NCBI GenBank assembly: GCA_964270895.1 | Contig: OZ185435.1 | Source of the DNA: Podarcis filfolensis | Lineage: Eukaryota | DNA length: 64,000 nt | Direction: 5' to 3' (one strand) | Part shown: positions 52,701 through 64,000 of the stretch, one piece after another | Layout of the letters: each line of letters begins with the position of its first letter | Position numbering within the stretch: the first letter of the stretch is position 1 | Program-made: the position numbers and the translations under genes | Notes under the pieces: generated by a model | Seen by the model: the letters and a program-made list of their open reading frames with translations, nothing else | The model's database searches: none | What the model was told of the DNA's origin: nothing

Positions 52701-53825
52701 TGATCTCAATAAATCTCTCTACAATAGGAGTTGGTATTTTGAGGAAAGGGCTGGTTTTGTGACGTTTTTATTGCTGTTGTTGGTGTTCTTAATGGATCTT
52801 TTAAACACTATTTTATTTATATTTCATTACATTTAAATGATTGTCTTTATTGTGTTTTTAGCTATTTCTGTTTTATCTGCATAAGCTGCCTTGAGTCCTG
52901 GACTGGGAAAGGAGGAGGAGGAATTAGACAGACAGACAGATAGAACCTCCTTTCTTTGCACAGTGCAGTTCTGATAACAGTTGCTCTGTTGCACTTGTTA
53001 ATTATAGAAAAAAGAGATGTAGTTGCATATTACTCGTTACTCATTAAACATTACATATATTTAGACCCTGAGTTACTCCCAAATAATATTGACGCCCCCA
53101 CAGCTTTTTTCAGTATAATCTCTATCACTCTCTTGGTATTCAAATGAAAATATACCTGCTAGATAACTAGGCTTCCTTTCCTTTCCAGGTTCCTGAGAAG
53201 CAGATTGCAATGAAGTGGAGATTTAAAACATGGCCAGAGGGTAAGTTATTCTACTTCAGATAACAAAGTAGAAAACTACATATGTTTCAGCTATACTCTG
53301 ACTATGTTGTACTAGCAGTGGTACCCATTATTAAATTGTAAGATGCTTGAAAGCACAAGCATTTCTCAGTTAGTTACTAGCCTTGGTTGTGCTATGTTTT
53401 TGCTTGGCTTGTACGGCAACTGGTGCATTGGCTGTACTTATTACTGGGAATCTGCCCTATCATACAGGATATGACATATTTAATGGGTAGATTGGTTAAG
53501 AGTTGAGTGTTTCCCAGCTATTACGATCTTGGGAAGAAGAGCAGATTTCTTCTCTTGACCATATCAGGAAAGAAGCAGATAGTTTGTCTGGCTGTGTTTC
53601 TCCAAGTTGTGTCTCACTGCTGAACGTTGGGGTTTTTCTTTGGCTCTTTTAGGACACTTTGCAACCATCACTTTGACGTTCATCGACAAAGCTGGTGAAA
53701 CAGAAATCCGCCTGGAAGGAAGGGGCATCCCAGCCAACGAAGAAGAGAGAACAAGGGAGGGCTGGCAACGATACTATTTTGAGGGCATAAAACAGACGTT
53801 TGGTTATGGAGCCCGATTGTTTTAA
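43384..53825 (+). CDS. AHSA1: AHSA1 (Aha1, activator of HSP90 ATPase 1), 9 coding exons, 340 aa
   Basis: Exons 43384-43463, 47848-48038, 48282-48364, 48634-48751, 50400-50488, 51375-51509, 52012-52113, 53189-53240, 53653-53825 total 1023 nt in frame. It starts MAKWGEGDPRWIVEQRADATNVNNWHW (NxNNWHW motif), contains NNRKGKLIFFYEW, and ends GWQRYYFEGIKQTFGYGARLF*. AATAAA at 54058-54063. Confidence 0.97.
44590..44650 (+). mobile_element. 5'-truncated retroposon 3' end with (ATT)n tail
   Basis: GCTGGGGAAACCCAGCCAGATGGGCGGGGTATAAATAATAAATTATTATTATTATT; family assignment is from recall only. Confidence 0.55.
46416..46551. mobile_element. hAT MITE, 136 bp, family of 32874-33009
   Basis: TIRs CAGGCATGGCCAAACTTGGC.CTCCAGCTGTTT / AAACAGCTGGAGAGCCAAGTTTGGCCACGCCTG. 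No matching TSD found. Confidence 0.8.
49800..50145. mobile_element. Young Tc1/mariner (Tc2-like) non-autonomous element, 346 bp
   Basis: Perfect 27-bp TIRs CCGTATTTTTCGCCCTATAGGACGCAC, TA TSD on both sides, CpGs retained, internal sub-terminal repeats. Confidence 0.9.
50870..51340 (+). mobile_element. Degenerate L2-like LINE 3' fragment
   Basis: TTCCTTGGTGGCACCAC...TGGAATGCTTTCCC...CCAGGTGAAGA.TTTTTATTTTCCCA.G.CTTTTAA, then a T-rich tract. Boundaries are approximate. Confidence 0.5.
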
Positions 53826-56145
53826 CACTGGCTACTGCGGAGAGTCTCTACCCAAAGATTCTGCCGTGTGAACTGATTTGCTTCTTGTCTGTCCCTTTCT
53901 TATCCTTTGTTTCACTGTTGTGATAAGCAGGATGGCCGGATGGCCTTGAAGGCCACTGAGCAGCACAGATTCCAACTTGTCACTGCTCATGCATGTCTCC
54001 TGCTGCAGGGGATTCAAAAGGTGGATTCTCATAAATGTATATACACCCGTATTGCTAAATAAACATAACTTAAAGAAGACGTACTGGCTCTTATCTGAGT
54101 GGAGAGATAGGAGGGAAGATATTTCAGCTAAGTCATAATCTTACTTCTATAATAGAGAATAGAAGGCAAAAGACAGAGGCCTCGTATTCCAGCTTGCAGG
54201 TTTAGGACATCTCCCCCCCCCCCTGCTTTCCAGAAATTACTTAGAAAAGTTTGCAACACATCTTGGGCTAATGACATATTTCCTGTTTTCTTCTGACCGG
54301 TGCTCAGCTGTATTATCTCTGTGGTGGCCTTTTATCTGTGAACAGGCATTAGTAGCAGAAATCTTTAATGCCCATCAAACTCAGCATCCTGGCTCTTCCC
54401 AAGTTATACCTTATTAAACCACTTTAAAAGGAAGCAGAATGAAAGCAATGAGAGTTGTGGGCAGCAGCATCTTAAGCATACACAAGCCACAGTTGTATAT
54501 GACTTCAGCATTATATGCATGTATAGGAGTTAATATATCTGTGGGTTTTTTACAGTGCTAGAGCCTTTCCCATGGTGGTGGTGGGAATTGTTGCATGAAA
54601 TGCGTTTGAACTGTTAATTACAACAGGAAAACTGAAAAGCATAGGATAGAAAGCCTTTTCATGTGCTGTAACTGCGGTCCTCAGATCTCTTCAGAATTGT
54701 GCCATGATAGGATTGTTGGAGGATGTAGCTTCTGCCACACTTCAAAAAGAACAGACTGTGTTACACATTTTGCAGAGAGATGGTGATAGCGACTAAGAGT
54801 GATTCAACATGTGCTTCTAATACAGTCTTGGAGGATGCAAGTGATGTTCCATTAGCCTATCCAAAACTGCATTCTTGGGAATAATTTAAAAATTTTACAG
54901 TTGAAAGCCCCACATTCTACAATTAAATTAAATTGGTGCAAATATCTACAACAAACTTATTTTGCATACTTTGTGCAATTTCTGTTGCAGGCTTCTTTTT
55001 AAAGAGTTTGCAGTTTTGTGTTCAGATTTTGTTGACATATTGAGGAAACGAGGAGCTAAGTCTAAAAGTGGGAGGGAGGGTTTGATGTGCTAATTAAAGA
55101 TGTGCCACACCCCTCTAATACAATGTTGACTATTGGAAGACATCTGGTGTGACATTTCTGATCTGGTCTATTTCTGATTGTTGCCTCAGTTTGTGGCAGC
55201 TGTGATGTGATTCAAGCGAGGATTTCATTTACACTTTGAGTTAGTCTATGCTTGGTAAACTACCATTACATCAGCAATGTCCTTACTGTGTGGGACATAT
55301 CTAAGGCTAAATCCAAGAAGAAAATGTGTGCGTTAACTTCTTAAAACCTGTAATAGCCAAAATTGTCAGCAAGGAACATGCTGGCCTACTAAGATGCCTG
55401 TATGGAGAATGATAGGTCTTCCAGAAGTAAGCTATTGCTTATGAAATGTAATGTGACAAATCTTGTTATTCTATACATCCAAGCGCTGCTGTTCTATTGG
55501 ATTCTTTCTAGCTTAAAGTTTGCCTTTGGTATTTATTGTGGCAAGTTGCTCACAAGATGGCAGTATTGCCCAACATAATGGGATGTAGGTTTGTGACAAG
55601 GTAGCACTTAATTCTCTCTAGATTTCAAAAGCAGCTGCAGTAGGTTTAGTTATGCTTATGCTATGTGTTTACATTCTGCCAGAACAAATTGCTGGACTAA
55701 AGAATGGGGTGCAAATATTTAGAAGCTTAAGATCAATGGCTGGAAAACTGATTTGCAGTAGTTATCTGGAGAAGTCATTCCTGATTCTCCTGCCAAAGTA
55801 AGACAGTCCCAGCCGTAAATCCTACGCATGCGGACAGTATGACGGATGGCTCTATGAAATACAGTTGTTCACTAAAATTACACAGCTGCTGCTGCTGCAG
55901 CAAGTTTCTATTATACATCTTGTATTTAGGGCCTGACGCTATAAAAGAATGAAGAGAGTCTAGAGCAGTTTTCTGTGCTGGCTGGTGTTGATGGAGTGGT
56001 AGTCCAAAATAAGGTTTAGATGAGAAGTTCTGAAATATGTTTGACAAGAAAAGTAATTTGGGTTTTCCTGAGCATAAGACAGATGAGTATACATTTTTGT
56101 CCCGGGCATGTTCAAGCAGTCAAGCCCAAGGGTAAGCAGCACATA

Positions 56146-56386
56146 CAGTCAAACCTCGGTTGTCGAACATAATCCCTTCCGGAAGCCTGTTCAGCTTCTG
56201 AAACGTTTGACAATTGAGCCGCGGCTTCTTATTGGCTGCAGGAGCTTCTTGCACTCAAGCAGAAGCCGCGTTGGACATTTGGCTTCCAAAAAACATTCAA
56301 AAACCAGAGCATTTACTTCCGGGTTTTCGGGGTTTGGGAGCCAAAACATTCCAGAATGGAGTCATTTGGGAACTGAGGTTTGACTG
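56146..56386. mobile_element. Tc1/mariner (Tigger/pogo-like) MITE, 241 bp, paralog of 13263-13503
   Basis: TIRs CAGTCAAACCTC...GAGGTTTGACTG, left flank TA and right flank TG, collinear with the 13263 copy. Confidence 0.85.
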
Positions 56387-57831
56387 TGCACCTCAAAGGT
56401 GGCAGCCCCCGAAAAATAGATGTTATATAGAAAAATAAGGCTTTTTCTCATAACATACCATTCCCAACCCAAAATGGGACTGAAAAATGTCTGGATGTTC
56501 AGGCTGTAGTTGTCTCCCTTCCAGCATTAGTTTTCTCAAAACCTAGCAGAGGAAGGGCTCAACAAGCTTCCCACATCCACTGTGGTATCAGAGTCAGACT
56601 TCTATTGATACTGCTTTTGAGAAAGGAAAAAACCCTGGAAATTGGGTTCTTAGAGCAATGCTAATATGTCTAATCCATTTTCAGTTATCAGAATTGCAGC
56701 CCTTATAACAAACAGGCCTCATCTACAAAAAGACTGCTTTGTGTGTTGGGCATGGAACCAGCAACTCATTTACTATATGTATCTGAAACACCATTTGCTT
56801 GCTAAAATAGCATGTTCATGATCTTTAGTAACTGAACATTTTTTGGGCTTCATTGTGATTTCTGGCCTTGTATTGGCTAATACCCAAGGAATTAGGATAG
56901 TGAGCTTGTACAAGAGCTGCACCGACTTCCTTGTGCAACACTGGCACAAGTGACTACGTTATTGGCTTTGTTCTTAACTGTATTGATTTCTAGATCAGCT
57001 GTGGTCTTACATGGTTAAATGGCAATTTCCCCCATTTGCCAGGTGGAGAATGGTTGGGTGTATTTTGAGGTACAAAAGACTAAAGTGAGTTCTATAGGAA
57101 GTGAATTAGCAAGTCAAGGGAGCTTTGGCGTCTTCAGCTAATCGGAGGGAAACTAAATGCCCCATGAAAGTTCTCATTACAGCTTGTCTGCAGAGAATTT
57201 CAGCTGGATGATGTAAATCAACTATACGCTATTGCTCTATCCCCACCCAGGGCAGCTGTTTGAGAAGTGCCTGCTTTGTGAACAGAGCTTTGGTTTCTTT
57301 CTGGGCTTGTCATCAAACTTTTCAGTAGCACCCTGTTGCTTAAATACACACCCACTCCCAAGCAGCTGGATCTCGCTTTATAGCTTCACAGAAGACTTTG
57401 AAATCTGATGCTGGCTACATTTAGCTGCTGGCTCACACCCATTTCATGGTCCCAGTGGAGAGTGCTTTGCATTCTTATCTGAAGGGGGATCCAGCTGCCC
57501 ATTGAAAGACTAGCCTCCCTTGGCTTTGCTTCAAGTCCTTGTCCATCCTCAGGCTTTAGTCCAGCTGTAAACCTGTCTGAAGACAAACCAGATACAGGGG
57601 GACTTTAATGTTGCTCTATAGCAGGAGGCCAGCTGGAATGTTTCTGGAGTCCTGAGGCAGAACAAATAGATGCCCTCCTAAACTCGTTAGGCTACAGCTG
57701 GCTCCGGCTTTTGAGGGGGTGCGCGGGAAGTTAGCAATGCATGGAGCAATGAAATGTTATTGCTACTGACTTATCAGGACAGCAGTTATAGGGCAGGGAC
57801 TGTAGGATATCAAGTATTATGTAAAGATATA

Positions 57832-58056
57832 CAGTGGTACCTCGGGTTAAGTACTTAATTCGTTCCGGAGGTCCGTTCTTAACCTGAAACTGTTCTTAAC
57901 TGAAGTACCACTTTAGCTAATGGGGCCTCCTGCTGCTGCCGCGCCACCGGAGCACGATTTCTGTTCTCATCCTGAAGCAAAGTTCTTAACCCGAGGTACT
58001 ATTTCTGGGTTAGCGGCGTCCGTAACCTGAAGCGTATGTAACCCGAGGTACCACTG
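57832..58056. mobile_element. Young Tc1/mariner (Tigger-like) MITE, 225 bp
   Basis: Perfect 18-bp TIRs CAGTGGTACCTCGGGTTA with TA TSDs (57830-57831, 58057-58058). Confidence 0.9.
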
Positions 58057-61000
58057 TAACTGAAAGTCTCGCCTTTTTCTTGACGTTTCTAGGCCTCACA
58101 GTTGTAAAATAGGTTAAGTGTAGCAGGAGAATCTGCTTTAGGCTTAGAAATTAGGAGATATCATTTCATTGACATCATCTCAAAACACTAAACTGTTGCA
58201 TGCAAATATATGCTGCTTTTCCTCAGAAAAGCAACCATTGCTCAAACCACTGAACATGTAGGCCAGTGTGAACTACTTGTGACTACAGCAGCCTTTCCCA
58301 GCTCATACAGTTGACTGAGGTAACTGAGAGTTAAGCAGCAGTTGGCTGGATCACAAGAAGGGGCTGCTAGCCTGCGATACGAGACGGGTGAATTTGAGAG
58401 AGATGGTAAGAGAATTCTGCATGAAATTAATGGTAGGAAAACTGGGCAACAGACCATTGCTGCCTTCTTAGTTATACTGAGTGTGCCAACGCTGCCGCTA
58501 ATAAAATTATCACAGTCATCACAGAGAGTCAGGCTTCATTCAAGAAGTTAGGAATACATCATATTCTCCTATACTTAACCAATATATTAATTGGTAATTA
58601 ACACAGCTCAACTGGCTTTGGAGCTTAGCTGCTGCTACCTACTTCATAACCCTGGAGGTGATTTGCTACTTCTGGGAAAAGAGTGATCTCGCGAAACAAG
58701 AGTTTAAGAGTTCCAGCTCTTGATTGATTCTACAAACCCTGGAGGATTAAGGTGCAGAAAGGGTCTTCGCTTTCCACCAGCCCTGAATAACAGAGACGTG
58801 GGCTATTTGTAGTTTGTTAACAATAGAGTTTATTCATTTAAAGAGACAACGGTCATCTTGCTTACCTTTTGGCACTTCACACACACACACATATCCTCCA
58901 AGAGCGAGGTCTCATTCAGCACTGCTAGAATGTCCATTCCTTCCTGCTATCATAATCATTACAAGCAATAAATACTGTACAAGGAGAAGACTGAAAAGCA
59001 GTGGAAAAACTTGGGACGAGTGAACCAGCCATGAAGTAGGAACCTGGCCCAATCCTCCAATCCACAGAACCACATCAAAAACATTCACTCCTCTTTGGAA
59101 AACAAGGCAGTGTGCAGTTCCCAAAAGACCCTTCCCCACCTACACCCCCACCCCACCCAGCGAGGAATCTCAAAATGCCACAGGAAAGAGTGGTTCCTAG
59201 CCAAGCTAGAACAAAGATTCTTCTGGGGTTTTCCTTCTCCATGTGTCCTTGCCCTGATAGAAAATACCTGGATGCCCCTTTTCTCCTAGGTTCACCCAAC
59301 AGAATGCCCAGGGAGTTTGCAAAGTTCCCCGGGTCCTGACTGATGGAGCTAGTGACACATAACTAAAATGCGCATCATTTGGGGCTGCGTCGTCCATTTC
59401 AAAAGGAACTAAACAGCCCAGCAATATTATATCTGAATAATGTTGGTCACAAACACATGTACTTTGAAATAAAGTGCTTTCATCTAAATTCAGATAAAGG
59501 AGATCTCGTTAATGCCATTTTTGTTGAACTAAAAATATCTTTATACAACAGTGTGCTGATATAGCAATAAAATTATGTGGCAGGGACAATATACAATACT
59601 TTTTTCTTTTCTTTTTAATATAGCTTAAATAGAAATCGCCAAACAGAATCTTAGTTACATGGTATAAAAATAAACCCTTGTTCCTTGGTATATACTCACC
59701 CAAATGAGACCGCAACACTTTCTGGGAGTCTAAGGTGCTTGTGAAAACAGTGGCATTTGATACGCTAGTGGTGGAGAGATCAAACTCCGACAGGCATCTG
59801 TGACTCATACATGCTCCACCCACCCAATGGTGAAAGCTAAGGCTTTCCCCATTGTTATCTAGTCTCACTGTTGCTCTTTGAGAAGTCCTCCTAGAAATCA
59901 CTTCCCCTTTATGTGTTTGTATGTGAGCAAAGACAGGAGAGAGAGAGAGAAGGGATTAAGGGGCGAGAGCTATTTTGCAAGCCTTCAAATTCCACCCACT
60001 TTGGCTCCACGCACTGCCGGCTCAAGCTATGCCTACCTTTGGTTGTGGGACACATTTTGCCAGTGGGTCAACAGTCTTGTCACTTGGCTATTCTTTGCCT
60101 GTGAGCAATTAAAGATCAACATTTATTGACAACGGACCCCGCTATATCAGATGCAAGCAGGGCCGTGATAGGGAATAGCAGTCTTTTAGGAGGGGCATGG
60201 AAGAAGGCTCTGGAAGTACAAAAATCAGTAAGTGGCAGGCTGCAGCCTTCATTTTGGCTTCACCAGCAACTTTCGGCATTCATCTGCCTGCACTTGCTGT
60301 AGCCCCCAGAGCATTCAAATTTATTTCATTATGCGTCTTCTTCCCAAACACTTACTTTCTCTGCCAGCACACTTTTTGGTTTTATTAGCACAGTTTTCTA
60401 AACACAACAGCCTGAGCTGAGAGAAGACGCCACACAAAAAAGGGCTGCAGCAGGACGGGGACGTGACCTGTGGCCCTAAGACGTAGTCCTGGACCTAGTT
60501 TCAGGGCAAAAATATGGGTAAAGAGGGTGGCAGAGAAAGGAGGTAGCCCTACCTACCTATGACTCTGGGTCCCACGTGCTGTTGGAATGTGGCCCCTGGC
60601 AGACTACTTCTGCCTGGGAATGTGGTCTCCAACAGAAAAGCTCACCTAATCCTGGGATAGAGAATGACAGCACCTGATGGTAGCAACTTACAAGGTAGAG
60701 CCATAAACAAGCCAAGCCACTGAATGCAGCAAAATGCACCAGCTTAAGATTCTGTTTGGAGACAGAAGCAGAAGATAGAAGCGAGCAATAGGATAGGACA
60801 AAACTCCCTAGCACCTTCGTTATTTCCAGGATTGCAGGTACATTTTTCACTCAGGAAGTCCACATAAGACAGCAGACCTACTGATTCCTAATGTAGTTAC
60901 TAGGTGCCATAGCAGAACCATCCCAGTCCAACAGCCTGTGTCAGTCCTGAGCAATAAACGTGAGCTTTAAGGGAGAAAGAGAGGCTTTGGGTTTTTTTAA

Positions 61001-63823
61001 CGGAGATACTCTAAAAAGAAAGAAGGGTCTTGTTGCAATGCCCAAGCTGACCTACTTCTCCTCTCCCCCAACAGTCTTTTGAGTGGTCCAAACATCTTGA
61101 GATCATGGCTTGTCCATCATGGAGTCTGCCAGACATGTTGTGCCGCCAGGAACACACAACAAAATTTGCTGGAATGCGTATAAGGCCAATCATCACTTAA
61201 AGGGGACTAAAGGACATAAGTCCATAAACTTAAGACATCACTAATAAAACTGGTAGAAGAAGGGACAGCACACAAGCCTCCAATTTCTGGCTGTGCATGT
61301 CCTGTGAAAGAAGATGGTTCTGGACTCTGGATCATCGTCCAACAAAAGGCTCCTGTCCTTGGAGTCAGCGGCCAAATCCACTTTCACATGATATATTTTA
61401 AGCACTAGGCTACCACTATAAATAATCACAGCTCCTCCCAAATAATTGTGGGAGCTCTATGATGGGAATGGGCTTCTCCTACAACTTTCAGCATCCTGAA
61501 TGAATTACAGCTCCCATAATTCTTTGAGGGAAGCCACAACTTTTTAAAATGGTAACAGTGGTTTAAAAGTATGGAATGAATGTGGCCTCGGCTCAAAAGA
61601 ACCTTGGTATAAAGGTCAAGGCAGCAATCTTACTTGATTGCAAACCAATTAGAGTTATTGCTATTGACTTCAGCAGGAACAAGAGATGTGTCCCCAGGTT
61701 GGCAAACACCTTACAGAGCATCAGAGAAGGGTGAACGTTGTCGTAGGAATCTGCATGACAGATAATGCAGAAGCTACTTTATGATACAAAATCTTGAAAA
61801 TATGACCTTTAATGTTAAGAGAAGAGAAACCTCCTAGTTCTCAAAGTACAGAGAAAAGATTAGGAGCGCCTAGGCAGACTTTCTGGCTACCAGAGAGTAA
61901 TAAAATGGTGGCTGCTATGCTCTGCATGCAAATGTGGAAGTTGGTACTGAGTACAAAATTTAGCACCCTAAAAATTTAAGTTTAATTTTTTTTTAAAAAA
62001 GGAACACCTTTCCAGCTGATGCCTGGCAAAATTTCACAATATGGAAGAGAAAACAAGGGATTCAGTCTGGTGGCTCTTTGCCCTTCCTCAAAACTAGGAA
62101 AAGTAGACTAAATTGTGCAAGACAAATATGCAAGTTTGCACAACTACTTTGCACAGAATTGTGGGCTTGCTTTATTTAAAGCCAGAGCACCAATAGCTCT
62201 AGGACTAATTCCTTCACTCACAACCCATCTGTCACCCACTTTCTCAAGAGGCAAACCTGTCCCTTTACTGCCAATGATAAAGGAACTAGACCAAAAGTTA
62301 AAATCCCAAAACAAAACAGAAACATGAAATTTGGAAAGTTGGATCTTTCCCTCACAAGTTGAGAAACCAAACAGCAATGTGGGAAATTCATGACTGGGTT
62401 ATTCCAACCAATCCTCTGCCAAACATCAGATCCAAAACTCAGAATGAAGTTCTCTATTAGGGGTGGCTAGATGTGGCTGAACTTCCATCATCCCTGACTA
62501 CTGGCTGTGCTGCCTGGAGCTCCAGATGTTGCAGGTCCAACAACTGTCCAACAACTGGAAAGAATCGTGTTGGCTACCTCTGGTATATGAAATTGAAATG
62601 GTTTGGCTGGAGGACATGGGTTTTGTTATTTCCCATGCTATTGACTGAGGTTGCTCAGAACTGCAACTTTTCCCATGACACCTGGCTTAGGATTCAGCTA
62701 TTGAGTCTTGTCAGCAGAAGCCTTGAACAGGGACTTCACCCTGCCCCCAACTCTCCTCCCCCTGCCCCTCCAATTGGTTCAGGGTTTTTGGGGGGTGGGG
62801 GGGACGCCGGGAACTGTGCTCAGGATTGTCCCGTCTTGCAAGCCGAAATGCTTGTGTTGGCAGAATGATCAGAAGGGCAAGATGTTCAGTTCCTCCCCTG
62901 GAGTCTTATAAATGTGTTGGGCTTAGTTTTCTGCCCTGCCTCTGGCCTGAAGAGAAGAATAAGTTTTAAAACATTTGCTTGCTTCCTTATCAGACTTGCT
63001 GGGTAGAAATGAGATCCAGATTGTTCTATCAACCCAACAAGCAGGTTGGCTTCGTCTGCCACTCATCCACTTTAGGAAATGAGTTTTCACAATACATCCC
63101 AGAACTTACATTCCAAAGCATGCAAGCACAACCCAGCACCCCGCCATCCCAGTTTCTCCCAAACTGTGTGGACCGTCATCCTTTCTCTTGCCCCAGGACT
63201 ACATCAAGACAACAAACGCTTGAAGCCAGATCTGTCACTCTCAATATGTCCAACCAAATTTCCCTTTTAGCTAAAAAACAGAATTTAGGTGTATTGAGTC
63301 ATCCACCTGGAGACTGCTTACAGACTCTATGCAAAACCTTCAAGAACCTGATTAGAGTTTTAGGCCATAAGATCTCCCAGTCTGCCTTTGTGCGACAGCT
63401 TGTGTGCAGTATAAAACGAGTCACAATGGGCCTTTTGAAGGACACCTTCCCCCCCTTTCCTCAGGCTCTTCCCATCCCTACAATCCCTCAGGATGGCCAA
63501 AGCAAGCCTTCTGGTACAGCCCATTTGGGCCAATTGTGGCAACTTTTGGGTAATGAGGAAGTCAGGAAAGAAACTGGAGGCCACTATGTAGAAGACAGGG
63601 GAGAAGCCACTGTAGAGTTTGCACTAAGGTTTCCTACAGACTACCTGGTTACCAAGGGAATGCAAAACAAGCAGCGGCTCTGTAGCCATTCTGAAGCAGA
63701 GGCCTTTGTTGACATAAAAGCTGAGGGGAGGAGAGAGAAGAAAAGAGGCCCTGTTATAGTCCCTAGTCGCGCGGGGGACCAAAAATGTCCTGCTCTCCAT
63801 GTCTTTTGGGGGTTTTTTCTGCG

Positions 63824-64000
<177 letters not shown>

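Noticed and set aside
53352-53620. Hairpins in AHSA1 intron 8 as an H/ACA snoRNA
   Set aside because: The first hairpin has no ANANNA box after it. The second (TGGTTAAGAG...CTCTTGACCA plus ATATCA) has no ACA box after a second hairpin. An Infernal/Rfam scan would settle it.

Overview
Vertebrate genomic DNA from a squamate reptile, probably a lizard (inferred from the repeat families, not database-checked). The gene order is TMED8(-, 3' part off-window) / SAMD15(+) / NOXRED1(-) / VIPAS39(-) / AHSA1(+) / ISM2(-, only the end of the last exon). This matches the human 14q24.3 order as I recall it. I reconstructed exons by hand from GT-AG boundaries and phase continuity. SAMD15 (298 aa), NOXRED1 (381 aa), VIPAS39 (490 aa) and AHSA1 (340 aa) have complete, uninterrupted frames. 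There are two head-to-head CpG-island promoters. Introns contain many small non-autonomous transposons (hAT with 8-bp TSDs, Tc1/mariner with TA TSDs), tRNA-derived SINEs, CR1/L2 fragments and a Penelope-like hairpin insertion. No CRISPR or prokaryotic system is present, and most ORF-track entries are chance frames. The best leads are: (1) a 13-unit 15-nt coding minisatellite giving SAMD15 an RRSSS/QQASS tail, opposite an acidic N-terminus, with twin RFX X-boxes upstream; (2) an unexplained 272-282 codon ORF antisense to the ISM2 3' region whose stop overlaps the ISM2 stop; (3) a perfect 91-bp inverted repeat with a 12-bp TSD in TMED8 intron 1; (4) a GAGAG acceptor in TMED8 that could switch to a frameshifted product; (5) a perfect 59-nt palindrome in a VIPAS39 intron.
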